Shown here: positions 13,954 through 26,609 of the stretch, piece by piece | How positions within the stretch are numbered: the first letter of the stretch is position 1 | Layout: each line of letters begins with the position of its first letter | From: the human T2T-CHM13v2.0 reference genome, Homo sapiens | Direction: 5' to 3' (one strand) | NCBI RefSeq assembly: GCF_009914755.1 | Contig: NC_060928.1 | Length of the DNA stretch: 64,000 nucleotides | Position numbers and translations under genes: made by a program | Notes under the pieces: generated by a model | The model's database searches: none | Told to the model about the DNA's origin: nothing | What the model saw: only the letters and a program-made list of their open reading frames with translations

Positions 13954-14272
13954 GGCCGGGTGTGGTGGCCCACGCCTATAATCCCAGCACTTTGGGAGGC
14001 CGAAGCTGGCGGATCACCTGAGGTAGGGAGTTCGAGACCAGCCTGACCCACATGGAGAAACCCTGTCTCTACTAAAAATACAAAATTAGCCGGGCCTGGT
14101 GGCGCATGCCTGTAATCTCAGCTACTCAGGAGGCTGAGGCAGGAGAATTGCTTGAACCCGGGAGGCTGAGGTTGCAGTGAGTCAAGATTGGCCATTGCAC
14201 TCCAGCCCAGGCAACAAAAGCAAAACTCCGTCTCAAACAAACAAACAAAAATGATAATAATAATGAAAAACA
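13954..14272 (+). mobile_element. AluSp-like
   Basis: CTGACCCACATGGAGAAACCC diagnostic; (AAAC)n tail; TSD AAACAATGAAC(A/C)ATT. Confidence 0.92.
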
Positions 14273-14323
14273 AAACAATGAACCATTAAACAATGTACAA
14301 AATAAAAATTTTATAGAATTCAA

Positions 14324-14591
14324 TTTTTTTTTTTTTGTTTGAGATGGAGTCTTGCTCTGTCACCCAGGCTGGAGTGCAGTGGCGCGATCTTGGCTCACTG
14401 CAAGCTTTGCCTCCCGGGTAGTTGCTGGGACTGCAGGCGCCTGCCACCACGCCCGGCTAAATTTTTGTATTTTTAGTAGAGACGGGGTTTCACCATGTTA
14501 GCCAGGAAGGTCTCGATCTGCTGACTTCATGATCCGCCCGCCTCAGCCTCCCAAAGTGCTGGCATTACAGGTGTGAGCCACTGCGTCTGGC
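14324..14591 (-). mobile_element. AluY with ~30-bp internal deletion
   Basis: GCAAGCT and GTTAGCCAGGAAGGTCTCGATC motifs; TSD TAGAA(T/A)TCAAT. Confidence 0.9.
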
Positions 14592-14799
14592 TAGAAATCA
14601 ATATTTTTAAGAGAAAACTCTTCTCTTCCACTCTTGCATTTTCCTTCTACATTTGGATTATGGTCATATTTGGTTAAGCCCATTTACTTTCGCATATGTG
14701 GCTTTTCTCTGACACTACTTATTCCATATAGGGTAAAGTAGTGTGACTTACCTGATTGTAATTTGTTACAAATAAACTTGGCATGTGGGGATCACTTGG

Positions 14800-15340
14800 T
14801 AGATCATACTTCTAAAACCTGCCACAATCTTATCTCTCATATCCCAAACTAGTTTGCAGTTTGTTCATATCACACCCTCAACAAGAGGTGGGGTCTGTTT
14901 TCCCTCCAGTTGCATTTAGTTTGGCTCTATGCCTATCGTAATTAAAACAAACAAACAAAAACAGTAGAAATACCATTCTGAAACTTCAAAGTCCAGGTAC
15001 TAAGCAAGCTTAGCAGCTTCTGCTTTTGTGCTCTGGAGTAAGTAATCCACCAGCTAATAAGTCGGAATAAACTGAGACTTCCACAGTACCAAGAAACCAG
15101 AACTAGATACACGAACAGGCTGTGTAGATAGAGACAGTCAAATGCCTGTCCAGTCATCATCACTGCTAGGCTTCATCCATTTTAGGAAAGAAGTCATCTT
15201 GGATGTTTTAGTCCTAGCTGATGCCATTGGGATTCCAGGTAATTTTTCTCCAGTGAACTCCACCCCAAAAGACGATTCCTGAGCAAATAAGTGAGTGTTG
15301 TTTTAATCCAGTACATGTTGAAATAATTTATTATACTATA
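14800..15340 (+). mobile_element. old MLT1-family LTR
   Basis: CAAGAGGTGGGGTCTGTTTTCCCTCC ... GCAGCTTCTGCTTTTG ... GTTGTTTTAA. Confidence 0.6.
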
Positions 15341-15917
15341 AGAAGTTGTCAAGGTGGCTCAACTCCATATATTTTGGTTTTCCATCTCTTCAGTATTACA
15401 TTCACATAAGGTGCAAGCCTTCTATTCTCCTTCAAAAGAAAAATCTAACTCTATTACTTTGAGTCATTGGGATGTGTCTGCCCTGGGCAAGCACTGCTCT
15501 GAGAACGTAGGTATCATCATGAATTCTGGGATGCATTTAGCAAGCCCATTTCTTTCCACTAAACTACATTCTCTAGTTAGCTTTTAATCGTAATAGGGAT
15601 GATATTTTGGGATCCACGTGCCACTACTTTTTTTAACCTTATTTTTTCGATATTTAGAACATGAGTTTGAAAGACATGTGTTAATTATTGGTCTATCGCA
15701 AATCCCTGATATTTAGAAACACACGATTTATACACGTTGCTTTTGTGGCTTTTGTTTCTCATCTGTAAAGTAGTGGACTATCTCTAAATTTCCAAGCTTC
15801 CATGAAACTTTAACCTTGAGCTGAATCATTGATGATGTGCCATATTAAATGCATATGCTTCTAAGAAAAAGTGTGTATTCCTGAGAATGGCAGTACAAAC
15901 CAAACCAGTTTGTATTA

Positions 15918-16626
15918 CTAGTTTGTCGACTAAGATCACCCTAACAAAATAACACAGACTGGGTGGCTTAAACAAACAAACAAAAATGTATTTTATCATA
16001 GATCTGAAGGCTGGAAGTCCAATATCAAGGTGCAGGCAGGTTTCGTTTTTACTAAAGCCTCTCATTAGCTTGAAGATGACCTCATTCTTGCTGTGTTTTC
16101 TGTTAAAAGAAAAAAAATAGCCAAAATAAATTTAACAGAATTTAGTTGAGCAAAGAAGAATTCATGTATCAGGAAGCACTCAGAATCAGAAGAGATTCAG
16201 AATGCTCCACTATTGCAGCATAAGCAGCAAGCTTTTACATCAAAGGAAGACAAAGAAAATGTATTTAATCATTTTAGTGTGGAAAGACCCTAGATAGAGG
16301 TTAGATGGAGCTTTTGATTGGTAAAGTCTGTAGTTTCGCTTTACTGTTAGTTTGGGCTCCATTCTGCTTATGGAGGAAGCTAAAACCCTGGGACTGTCTC
16401 AGTCTAATGACCTCCCAATTATTTGCATGCACCATCACCATTGTCTCTGATTCTTCTTATAAGAACACCAAGTATATTGGATTAATTTCCCACCCTAAAA
16501 GCCTCACTTTAATTTAATTGCCTCTTTAAAGACCTTACCTCAAAATACAGTTACATGTTGAGACACTGAGGGGTTGAGACTTCAACATATGAATATGGGG
16601 GAGGGTGCATAATTCAGCGCATAACC
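15918..16626 (-). mobile_element. MLT1A/B-like LTR split by a MER93-like LTR
   Basis: CACAGACTGGGTGGCTTAAAC...GGCTGGAAGTCCAATATCAAGG, resuming ~16436 and ending ACTTCAACATATGAA...ATAACC. Confidence 0.75.
16101..16425 (-). mobile_element. MER93-like (MER4-group ERV1) LTR
   Basis: TGTTAAAAGAAAAA...AAATTTAACAGA...GAGCAAAGAA start; CTCAGTCTAATGACCTCCCAATTATTT end. Confidence 0.65.
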
Positions 16627-18037
16627 AATTCCATCTGAGTTTCCTGTAGCACAAGCCCAACTAGATGCCTTCCAAGTATCTTACATCAGAAACACAAAGA
16701 GTGGAATTGCCAAATCACATTTACAGAAATTACAGTTCCTCTGATTATACTGTTAATTCAAAAGATAGATGCAATATCAAAACATGTTAAAAATAGAGAA
16801 ATTTGAGATTGTCAGTGCAGTTCTGAGTGCTTTACCTTAACATTGGGTTGCATTTCTTGTTTACATTTTACATTTCTAAGTGAAATTACTAGCTCAAAGG
16901 TAATCATTTTCTTTATGAAATGGCTCCATATTACACTTATTTACTTCCACAGCTGTTCAGATGTTCTACAACTAGAAATGCCCATATAAATCCATACATT
17001 GAAGATTTATTTGCAATAAGCAATGTAGTCAGACAAGATAAATATCATTGAAGGAATTCTATAGATAAAGACTCCTTCTGCCAGAAAATAAAATTTATGT
17101 GTTTGCTATGAGGGCTCATTAAATGATTATAAGGGGATTTGAATGGGTCATTTCTTTTCTTTCTTGGGCATAAAAGGGGAGAGTGGATTGCAGCCTCCTT
17201 GTAACCCATTCTTTTTCATCTCCAAATTCCTGTGAGTTAAGATATGCTTTAGTTTAGCAACAATGTAATAAAGACCTCATATAATTACTGGTCTCCTAGG
17301 GCTACACTAATGTTTATGAAGTCTTTGTTGTTGAATTGCTCAACTCTACTCTGTTTTTACACAGATTTTTAAAGAAGACTAAAACATTCTAAATTTAGTG
17401 TTTTAACATTGACACTCATCCATTCTTCCATCCATTCTTTCTCTATGGTACTACCACTCACAATCATTTTGTCTCCCAGTATCAGGAAATACTCTTCCCA
17501 GGTCAGAAGAAAGTGAGACCACCAATGAAAAGCAACACTTGTCTCAAAATAGAAGAGTGTACCACTCACTGAATGAGAGAATTCACAATATGATGCATTC
17601 ACTGACATTGTTCAGCTATGTCCATTAGGCAATGTTTGCTGGCTCTCGTTGGCTGAGGACATATGTTAATTATCAGATCGTGGGAAAATATAGTTATGAC
17701 TGGTTTGTCAGCCATGCAGGTGCATATTTAGATGAATATTCCAGAGAGAATAGCATTATAAATTAGGAATTCTGTTGTGTACTTAATAAAAAGGTGTTAA
17801 AAAGGAGCAAGTAAGTATACCTATACGCATATAAATAGGTAATAAATAAATCTGTTTTACAACATTCTCTAACCTTGATAAAGAGAACTAATATGATCAT
17901 TTTTCTTTGTGTAAATTACAGATCCATTGCTAGGTTGCATGTAGATACTAGTTTTACACATATTTGAACCAATATAATGTAAAATAATTAAAAAGAACGA
18001 TTAGTAAATAAGACTAAAAGAAAGATAAGGATTAATG

Positions 18038-18425
18038 ACTTAAAAGGAAAACTTTAAAAAAATGAACAGAATTTATTTGAACAAAGAAATATTCATGAAT
18101 CAGGCAGCACTCAAAACTGAAAGAGGTTCAGAGAGCTCTACTCCAGTATCCTAGGAAGTGAGCTTTTATAGAAAACGTGAGGAAGTAAAGTAAATAAATT
18201 ACTTGTTTGGCTATGCCTAGGCATTGGCCTTATTTGGGTATGATCTGATGGGAAGTCACTAATAATATAACCAAAGGGTTGGTAGGCCATCTGTGATTTG
18301 TTGAAACTTAATTCCAAATTAATCATTAACAGGAATGCTTCTAAGTTATGTTTTGATTTGCTTGCATGAGGCTTCTGGGTACAGAAATCCCAGAATAATG
18401 GCCTTCTGCTTATTTTGCTTTAACA
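18038..18425 (-). mobile_element. MER57/MER93-like ERV1 LTR
   Basis: Shares GAACAAAGAA..ATTCATG.ATCAGG.AGCACTCA with the LTR at 16101; ends TTTTGCTTTAACA. Confidence 0.6.
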
Positions 18426-18678
18426 GTCTGAATACAGCAATGGATTGGTTTGAAATAAAAGAAACACTTATGATTTCATTAATAATTTACATATGACAGG
18501 CTGATGTAAGGGGTGCAAATGATGTGGGAGAAAAAAAAATCGTTCATAAAATAGTTGTGGGTTTTATAGGCCCGAGCACAGGCCATGGGTTAGTGATCTA
18601 ATTATAAACTGAATATACCCAGTATCTGCCCTTCCACAAATTACAATCTAATGGAATAAATAGATTTGCAGAAAAAAG

Positions 18679-18679
<1 letters not shown>

Positions 18680-18714
<35 letters not shown>
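18680..18714. repeat. (TA)n
   Basis: Direct reading. Confidence 0.95.
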
Positions 18715-18716
<2 letters not shown>

Positions 18717-21178
18717 CATTTTAATAGTGCATTATAATACAAAAGTATAAAATGAAAGCATATACCAGGCACTCTAACTTTATTAATCTGTGCTATCAGG
18801 TCTCAATTCTTTATTTTAAAATAATGACAATTCGGTTGACAATATAAGAAAAGCCTTTGAGAAAAAAAATAAGATAATTAAAATGTAAAAATAAGGTATG
18901 AAAGGTACATGTTACTATATGATTTCTGCCATTCCACCCATTAACTTTATTGTGAACTCAAACCTAAGACTGCATAGACATTGCACCTGCAGCAAGGTAG
19001 ACATGGATGTGGCATGATTATCCTGGAGGATTCTGTGAAACACAGCAGTGTCCACAGCCTGGGGAGGTTTGTTTCCATAAAAAGCAGGTCAGTAAGGTAT
19101 TTTTGAATTGACAAATAAATATAAATGGTAATGAGAAAGGCAATATTTTGTATGGAAAACATTCTGAATTTTTTCAATAAAGATGAAGTAAATTTGAGAT
19201 TTTCTGAAGCTATTAAGAAATTGTCACAAAAATAATTTAACCATCTAGTCTGCATTTAATTACATCCCCTGCACTGTACCAAACATAGAAATAGTCTTAG
19301 ATTAAACTCTTTAGGTAAGAATTATCCCCATTCCTGCAGATGAGGAAACTGGGACTCGGTGCATATGTTTAGCCTTTGAGTGGTTTAGTTTTGTTATCTG
19401 TAAAATTAGGCACACATATAAAAGAATACTTGAACCTCCACTATGCTACATTAAGTAAAACTATAGAGTAAAATTAAAAGGTATGGATAGTAAAAGGGTA
19501 AAAGGGATGGAGTTTATTCCCCTAAAATTCTAGATTAAAACCTAAAAAGTTATCAACAGTCAGAGAAACAGTCAGCAAAACATATGAATATTCACAGGGA
19601 AAGAGTTTAATTTGACAGTTACTACAAAAGATGCTCAGTTGTCTTTTCCTCAGAAACTGAGATTGAAATCAGAAAAGTTTAGCTTCTGAGAATATTCCTG
19701 AAGGAACTATAACATGGTGTGATAAATACAGCAATGGAATTATAATAGTAGTGCTGTGGTATCTTAGAGAGGATAGGATTTGTACTGTTGAAATGAGAAA
19801 AATGAAGACTTCAGTAAAGAATGAGTTGACAGCTGATCTATATATTGAAGAATAAATAAGAAGAAGAAAATCAAAGAATAAAATTAAGATTCATGTCTTT
19901 CAGGTTTTCACTGCTCACACCTTGGGGTCCTTTAGAATATGTAAAAGAAATTACTGAAGGGAATTCAGGAAGTTAAGAACATCCTAGTATGATTTAGTTT
20001 ATCTGACTGAAATTCTCTGAAAACAACAGGCTCTGTCATGATATTAATAGAGGGAGAAAAGATACCTTTAAAGAGATTGCTGGAGAGGTCAGAACAATTG
20101 TACTTTTCTGTCATCTGTTTCCTAAACAAATGGCTACAGGATATGATTCAAAATCAGTGACTAATTCAGTCTTTACTTGCATGCTTCCTCTCTATTTGCA
20201 TGCCAATGTTTTCTGCAAATGATAGTAAAACATTTTAGGTTTTCTTCTTTTTTGGTATCTGAATTCATAAAGCTAGCATTGCAAGAATTGATAGCTTGTG
20301 TCTCATGGTGCCAAAATCCTCCTGAAAAAGCAAACTTCACTTTCTTAACCATCTATATAAAATAATCACATTATGGGAATGGTATTTCAAAGCTTTCTTG
20401 TCAGGTAAATCATATTTTAAAAAAAAATTTCCACGTATTCTACTATGAAATAATAAAATTCACTGGCCTACATACCAGTTTGTATATAGTTAATATTTCT
20501 CTTGACACCTGTGAGCTCAGTTCAATTATATTAACTCTATGAATTGAAAATCAGAGTGACAAACTAATTTCTAAATTATGTGATAACTGGGTCCATAGAA
20601 AGAAAAATCTATGAATTTTACTGCCCAAGTGAATACAATTCTGTTTATTATCTTACATACCAACTGTCAGCAGCCTGTGATGTGGAACAGTTTAGATTAC
20701 TGCTGACATTTGGAAAAGTAAATGGATTTGAATGAGCTTGAACAAGTTAAGCAAAATGGCAACTTGATATTGTTGAGAATAAATTGTTTATTTGTTAATA
20801 AACTGTTACAAATACTATAGAAATTTTTGTAAGCTCTTGCTTCTTAGTTTACATATATCTCTGGAGAATAAGCATAACTAGGACGACTTTGACATAAAAA
20901 TACTGAATAAAACATATTAACATTCCTAACAGGAGTTAAATATAGGGAAATATTCATTGGTGTGTATGAACTCTGCCATTGGGTAAGACTGAGTTAAATT
21001 GATATTTCTTATTGGATGCTCTGCATTCTATATCTTGATGTATTATTTAAAAAATAAAAATTTAATTTTCAACAGGGAAAATGTTAAGAAACATGTTTGA
21101 GAGAGATATTAATTAAGGTTGGGAATATAATCATTTTTGCTAAATGGATAGTAACCTAAATATAACTATTTAAATTCC

Positions 21179-23425
21179 TACATTAGTCTGTTCTCAGGTT
21201 GCTATAAAGAAATACCCGAGACTGGGTAATTTATAAAGAAAAGAGGTTTAATTGACTCACAGTTCTGCATGGGTGGGAAGGCCTCAGGAAACTTACAATC
21301 GTGGAAGGCACCTCTTCATGGTGCAGCAACAAAGAGAATGAGTGTAAGCAGGGGAAATGCCAGATGCTTACAAAACCATCAGATCTCCTGAGACTCACTC
21401 ATTATCATGAGAACAGCATGGGGGAAGCAGCCCCATGATCCAATTACCTACACCTGGTCCTGCCCCTATATGACACATAGGAATTATTGCAATTCAAGAT
21501 GAGATTTGGGTGGGGACACAAACCATATCATTTTGCATCTGGCCCTCCCAAAAATCATGCCCTCACATTTCAAAACACAATCATGCCTTTTTAACAGTGC
21601 CTCGAAGTCTTAACCCATTTTAGCATTAACCCCAAAATCCAAGTCCAAAGTCACATCTGAGAAAAGGTAAGTCCTTTCTGCCTATGAGCCTGTAAAATAG
21701 CAAGTTAGTTACTTCCTAGATACAATGGAAGTACAGGTATTAGGTCAATATACCAACTCCAAATGGGAGAAATAAGCCAAAACAAAGGGGTTACAGGCCC
21801 CATGCAAATCCAGTAGGTCAGTCATTAAATCTTAAAGTTCCAAAATGATCTACTTTGACTCTATGTCTCACATCCAAGTCATGCTGATGCAAGAGCGGGG
21901 ATCCTACAGGTATTGGCAGCTCTGTCCCTATGGATTTGCAGGATACAGCCCCCTCCCAGCTGCTTTCACGGGCTGACATTGAGTGTCTCTGTCTTTCCTG
22001 GGTGCACAGTGCAAGCTGTCAGTGGATCTACCATTCTGGGGTCTGGAGGATGCTGGCCCTCATCTCACAGCTCCACTAGGCAGTGCCTCTGTGTGGGGAT
22101 TCTGAGTGGGGGCTTCAATCTCACATTTTCCTTCTGCACTGCCCCAGCAGAAGTTCTCCAGGAGGGTTCCACCTCTGTAGCAGACTTCTGCCTGGACTTC
22201 CAGACATTTCCATACATTTTTTGAAACCTAGATGGAGGTTCCCAAACCTTACTTCTTGTCTTCTGTGCACCCACAGGCCCAACACCATGTGTAAGCCACT
22301 GAGGCTTGGGGTTTGCACCCTCTGAAGCAATGGCCTGAGCTGTATTTTGGCTCATTTTAGCCAGAATTGGAGCTGAAGCAGCTGTGATGCAGGGCACCAC
22401 GTCCTGAGGCTACATAGAGTAGGGGGCCCATGAAACCATTTTTCCCTCCTAGGTCTCCAGATCTGTGATGAGAGTGGGTGCTGTGAAGTTCTCTGACATG
22501 CCCTGGAGGGATTTTCTCCATTGTCTTGGTGATTAACATTTGGCTCTTCATTACTTATGTAAATTTCTACAGCAGGCTTAAATTTCTCTCCATAAAATGA
22601 GTTTTTCTTTTTTATTACGTGGTCAGGCTGCAAATTTTCCAAACTTTTACACTCTGCTTTCTCTTCAATGCTTTGTTGCTTAGAAATTTCTTCCACCAGA
22701 TACCTTAAATCATCTCTCTCAAGTTAAAAGTTCCACAGATCTCTAGGGCAGGGGCAAAATGCCACCAGTCTCTTTGTTAAAGCATAGTAAGAATCACCTT
22801 TGCTCCAGTTCCCAATAAGTTCTTCATCTCCCTCTGAGACCACTTCAGCCTGAACTTCATTGTTCACATCACTATTAGCATTTTGTTCAAAACCATTCAA
22901 CAAGTTTTTAGGAAGTTCCAAACTCCCAACTATTTCTGTTTTCTTCTGAGTCCTCCAAACTGTTTCAATCTCTGCCTGTTACCCAGTTCTAACGTTGATT
23001 CCACATTTTCAGGATTCTTTATAGCAGCACCCCACTACCTCAGCACCAATTTACTGTGTTAGTCTGTTCTCATTCTGCTATAAAGAAATATGCAAAACTG
23101 GGAAATTTGTAAAGAAAAGAGAAAATTGACTCAAAATTAAATTGACTCAAAGTTCTGCAAGACGGGGAAGGCCTCAGGAAACTTACAATCATGGTGGGAG
23201 GCACTCCTTCACAGGGTGGCAGGAGAAAGAATGAGTGCCAATTAAAGGGGTAAGCCTCTCATAAAACCTTCAAATCTCATGAGAGCTCACTCATTATTAT
23301 GAGAACAGCATGAGAGAAAACACCGATATGATTTAATTATCTCTACCTCATCCCACCCTTAACACATGGTGATTATTACAATTCAAGGAGAGATTTGTGT
23401 GGGAACACAGAGCCAAACCATATCA
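21179..23425 (-). mobile_element. full-length THE1D-like MaLR provirus (LTR 21179-21530, internal 21531-23054, LTR 23055-23425)
   Basis: Two LTRs ending AAACCATATCA; 5-bp TSD ATTCC at 21174-21178 and 23426-23430; internal ORF remnant MELPKNLLNGFEQNA...GNWSKGD...LVAFCPCPRDLWNF. Confidence 0.93.
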
Positions 23426-24299
23426 ATTCCTAATAAATACGCATATGTTTCTTTGATTGTTAGGAAATATTTATGAATCACACATTCCTGTTGTCTAAGG
23501 AGAATCAGGCTTTTAAATTCATCAGGCCTTCCAAATATTAGATAAATCCTATATAGCTTGATTTTTCATTTTAGATTCTTTATTTGTCATAAGAGTGTTC
23601 CAATAAATATTGCAGTTGACAATAGGAAATTGTCTAGATAAATATGTTAAGGTCATTCAAAATTCTGAAAGAGACAATTACAGTGAGATTATAGCACAAA
23701 TGTTCAGCAGGGTTCAGACATGCAAGATAGGCAGTTAAGAGGACAATAGTAAACTTCAAATTTTTATTATTTTCATCTAGAAGATATTATATTATTTTTT
23801 ATGCCACTTCCCGTCATAAAGAATCAATATGTTGAACCTTGGTCATCAATGAAATCATCAATAAATTTCACAATTATTAAAATGCTAGTGAGGGTTTTAC
23901 CAGATAGATAATACAGATACAGAAAATCCACTTTTCATTTTAATAAAATTACTTTCCAAAGTCTTCTCCTTACCCTCATAATCTAATATATGTAGGATAC
24001 TAATTTATATATTGTAGACATTCAATACATAATCATTATTTCAAAAGTAAGGAAATTTACTAATAGTACCAATTTAAATGTGTTTTTCTATAGAAAAACT
24101 CCTTTGTATTGCCAAAAATCAGTAATGATTAATCAGTGAGAAATAGAGTCTGGAACATGGGAAGGGAACTATTTTATGCAAAGGGCCTCTCAAGTCACAC
24201 TGCATAGAAGACTGTGTTGGTGGCCCATGTTGTGAACTCCAAATATCCTAAAGAAAACTAAGTGTTAAAATTTTAGGAATGGGTGGCATAAGTACAAAA

Positions 24300-24555
24300 T
24301 ATTTATTGAATACCTACCGTTTCCTAAGTGATGAACATACATTGAGAGCTTATTAAACATCCGTCAATGCTCAAAATACCTTACTTGTATTCATTTACAT
24401 CCTCACATCAATACTAGGTAAGCAGGTACTACGATTTTCACCATTTTACAGAAGACAAAGAGTCGCAAACTAAAGTACTTATCCAAGCTTAACAAGTTTC
24501 AAATTCAGGATTTGAATTCAGACTTTTGGTGCCTGAAGATGTGCTCTTAGCCAAT
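24300..24555 (-). mobile_element. MIR
   Basis: CCATTTTACAGAAGA...AGGATTTGAATTCAGAC. Confidence 0.65.
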
Positions 24556-24654
24556 AATCAAGTTGCTGCTTATTTGTATAGTCTCATATGAATAAATCTC
24601 AAGACACTGTCTGTGTGCAGCTTGAAGAAAGTAACTGATTTTTTCTCTATATAT

Positions 24655-26566
24655 TATTTATTTGTATTGAGGCATAATTTACACACAATATAATTACACA
24701 TTTTACTATGTAGCTCAATAAAATTCTGCATATATATCCATGTAACTATCATCAAGAGACAATAATAGAACATTTCCCACAATGCCGGAATTTCCTCAGT
24801 AAACTAGTACAAGCATAACCACACTAATTTCAATCATACATAAATTAGTCTGCCTATAATATTTACAATATTCAATATTTACAAAACTATTAAGCAGAAA
24901 GTATGTAGAATTCCTATAAAATTCCTCTTCTCTCACCCTGTTTCCTGTATTATTAATATCTTTCATTGATGTGGTAAATATATTGCAATTGAGGAACCAA
25001 TGTCGATATGTTATTATTAAATAAAGTCCATACTTTCCATTAGGGTTCACTGTGTTGTACAATTCTATGGGTTTATTTCTCCTTACAGTTGATTACATTT
25101 GTGTGGAAATATTTTGGGACTCTATTTTGTTCCATCAATTTACGTGTCCATTCTTTCATCAATACCACATTGTCTTAATTACTATAAGTTTACAGCAAGA
25201 CTTGAAGTAGGGTAGTGTTTATCTTCTGTCTTTGTTCCTCTTCTTCAATATTGTGTTGATTTTTCTGAGTTTTTGCCTTTCCATGTTAACTTTAGAATCA
25301 ATTTGTCAATATAAACAAACTGACTTGCTGGAATTTTTATTAGAATTTTATTTAATCCATACATCAATTTGGGAAGAATTGACATCCTATAAACTCAGAT
25401 TTTCCTATCCATGAACATGGTTTTTGTATTAGGGTACTGCTGTCCTAAAAAAACTGAGTTAGGAAGTGTTCCTTCTGCTTCTACTTCTAGAATGGATGGA
25501 TGGTAGATACATGATATCATTTTACCTTAAATGTTTGGTAGAATTAACCAGTGAGACCATGTGGGCATGGTGATTTCTGTTTTAAAAAAGTTATTAGTAT
25601 TTTTTCAATTTCTTTAACAAATACTGTCTATTCAGATTATCCATGTGAGTTTTGATAGACTGTGTCTTTCAAGGAATTGTTTTATTTTATCTAAGTTATC
25701 AAATTTGTGGGCACAAAATTGTTCATTAATTTCTTTTCTTATTCTTTTTAATCTCCTGGGGTCACTAACAATATCCTTTCTTTTTTCTTGGATAGCTGTG
25801 TAAGGTTTTAACAATTTCACCATTTTCTTCAAAAACAGGGTTTTTTTTTTTTTTCGTTTTGCTGATTTTCTCAATTTCTTTCCTGTTTTAAATTGCATCA
25901 ATTTCTGCTCTGTATTTTATTATTTCTTTCCACCTTCATTCTTTGAATTTGTTATTCTTTTTATAGTTCCATAGAACAGAATCTTAGTTATAGATTTTTG
26001 ATCTTTTCATTTTATTAATATGTGCATGCAATACTATAAATTTCCAAGTAATTACTGCTTTCAATTCATCTCACAAAATTTCATATGCTGTATTTTATTT
26101 TTATTTATTTAAAATATTTTTAATTTCTCTTAAGACTTCTTTGATTCATGTGTTACTTAGAAGTAACTTGGTTAATCTCCAAATAATTTGTGAATTTCCA
26201 GCTGTATTTCTGTTTTTGATTTCTAATATAATTCCATTGTTTTCTGACTAGTATACTTTGTATAATGATCATTCTTTTAAATTTACTAAGGTGTTCTTTA
26301 TGGCCTAGAATGCGGTCTCTATCTTGGTGAATGTTCCATGTGAGCCTGAGAAGAATGTGCATTCTGCTGTTGTTTGATGATATATAATTGATTTCTGGTG
26401 TTGTACAATTCAACTATGTTCTTACTCAGCATTCTGCCTGCTGGAACTGTCAATTACTTATAAATGAATGGTGACATCTTCAACCGTGAGTGAATTTATC
26501 TATTTATCCTTATAGTTCTATCAATTTTGCTTCACACATTTTGATGTTCTGTTGATAGGTACATCC
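24655..26566 (-). mobile_element. old L1M (L1MC-like) 3'UTR and ORF2 fragments
   Basis: L1MC-type 3'UTR near 24930-25070; ORF2 remnants such as ORF 25632-25901 KFDNLDKIKQFLERHSLSKLT. Confidence 0.8.
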
Positions 26567-26609
26567 AAATCTATATTAGACATACACCTACAGATGTACA
26601 AATGTAAGA

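Noticed and set aside
16101-18425. Two similar ERV1 LTRs ~1.6 kb apart as a possible provirus
   Set aside because: They diverge beyond the shared end, the first is nested in an MLT1 that resumes after it, and no retroviral internal sequence lies between them
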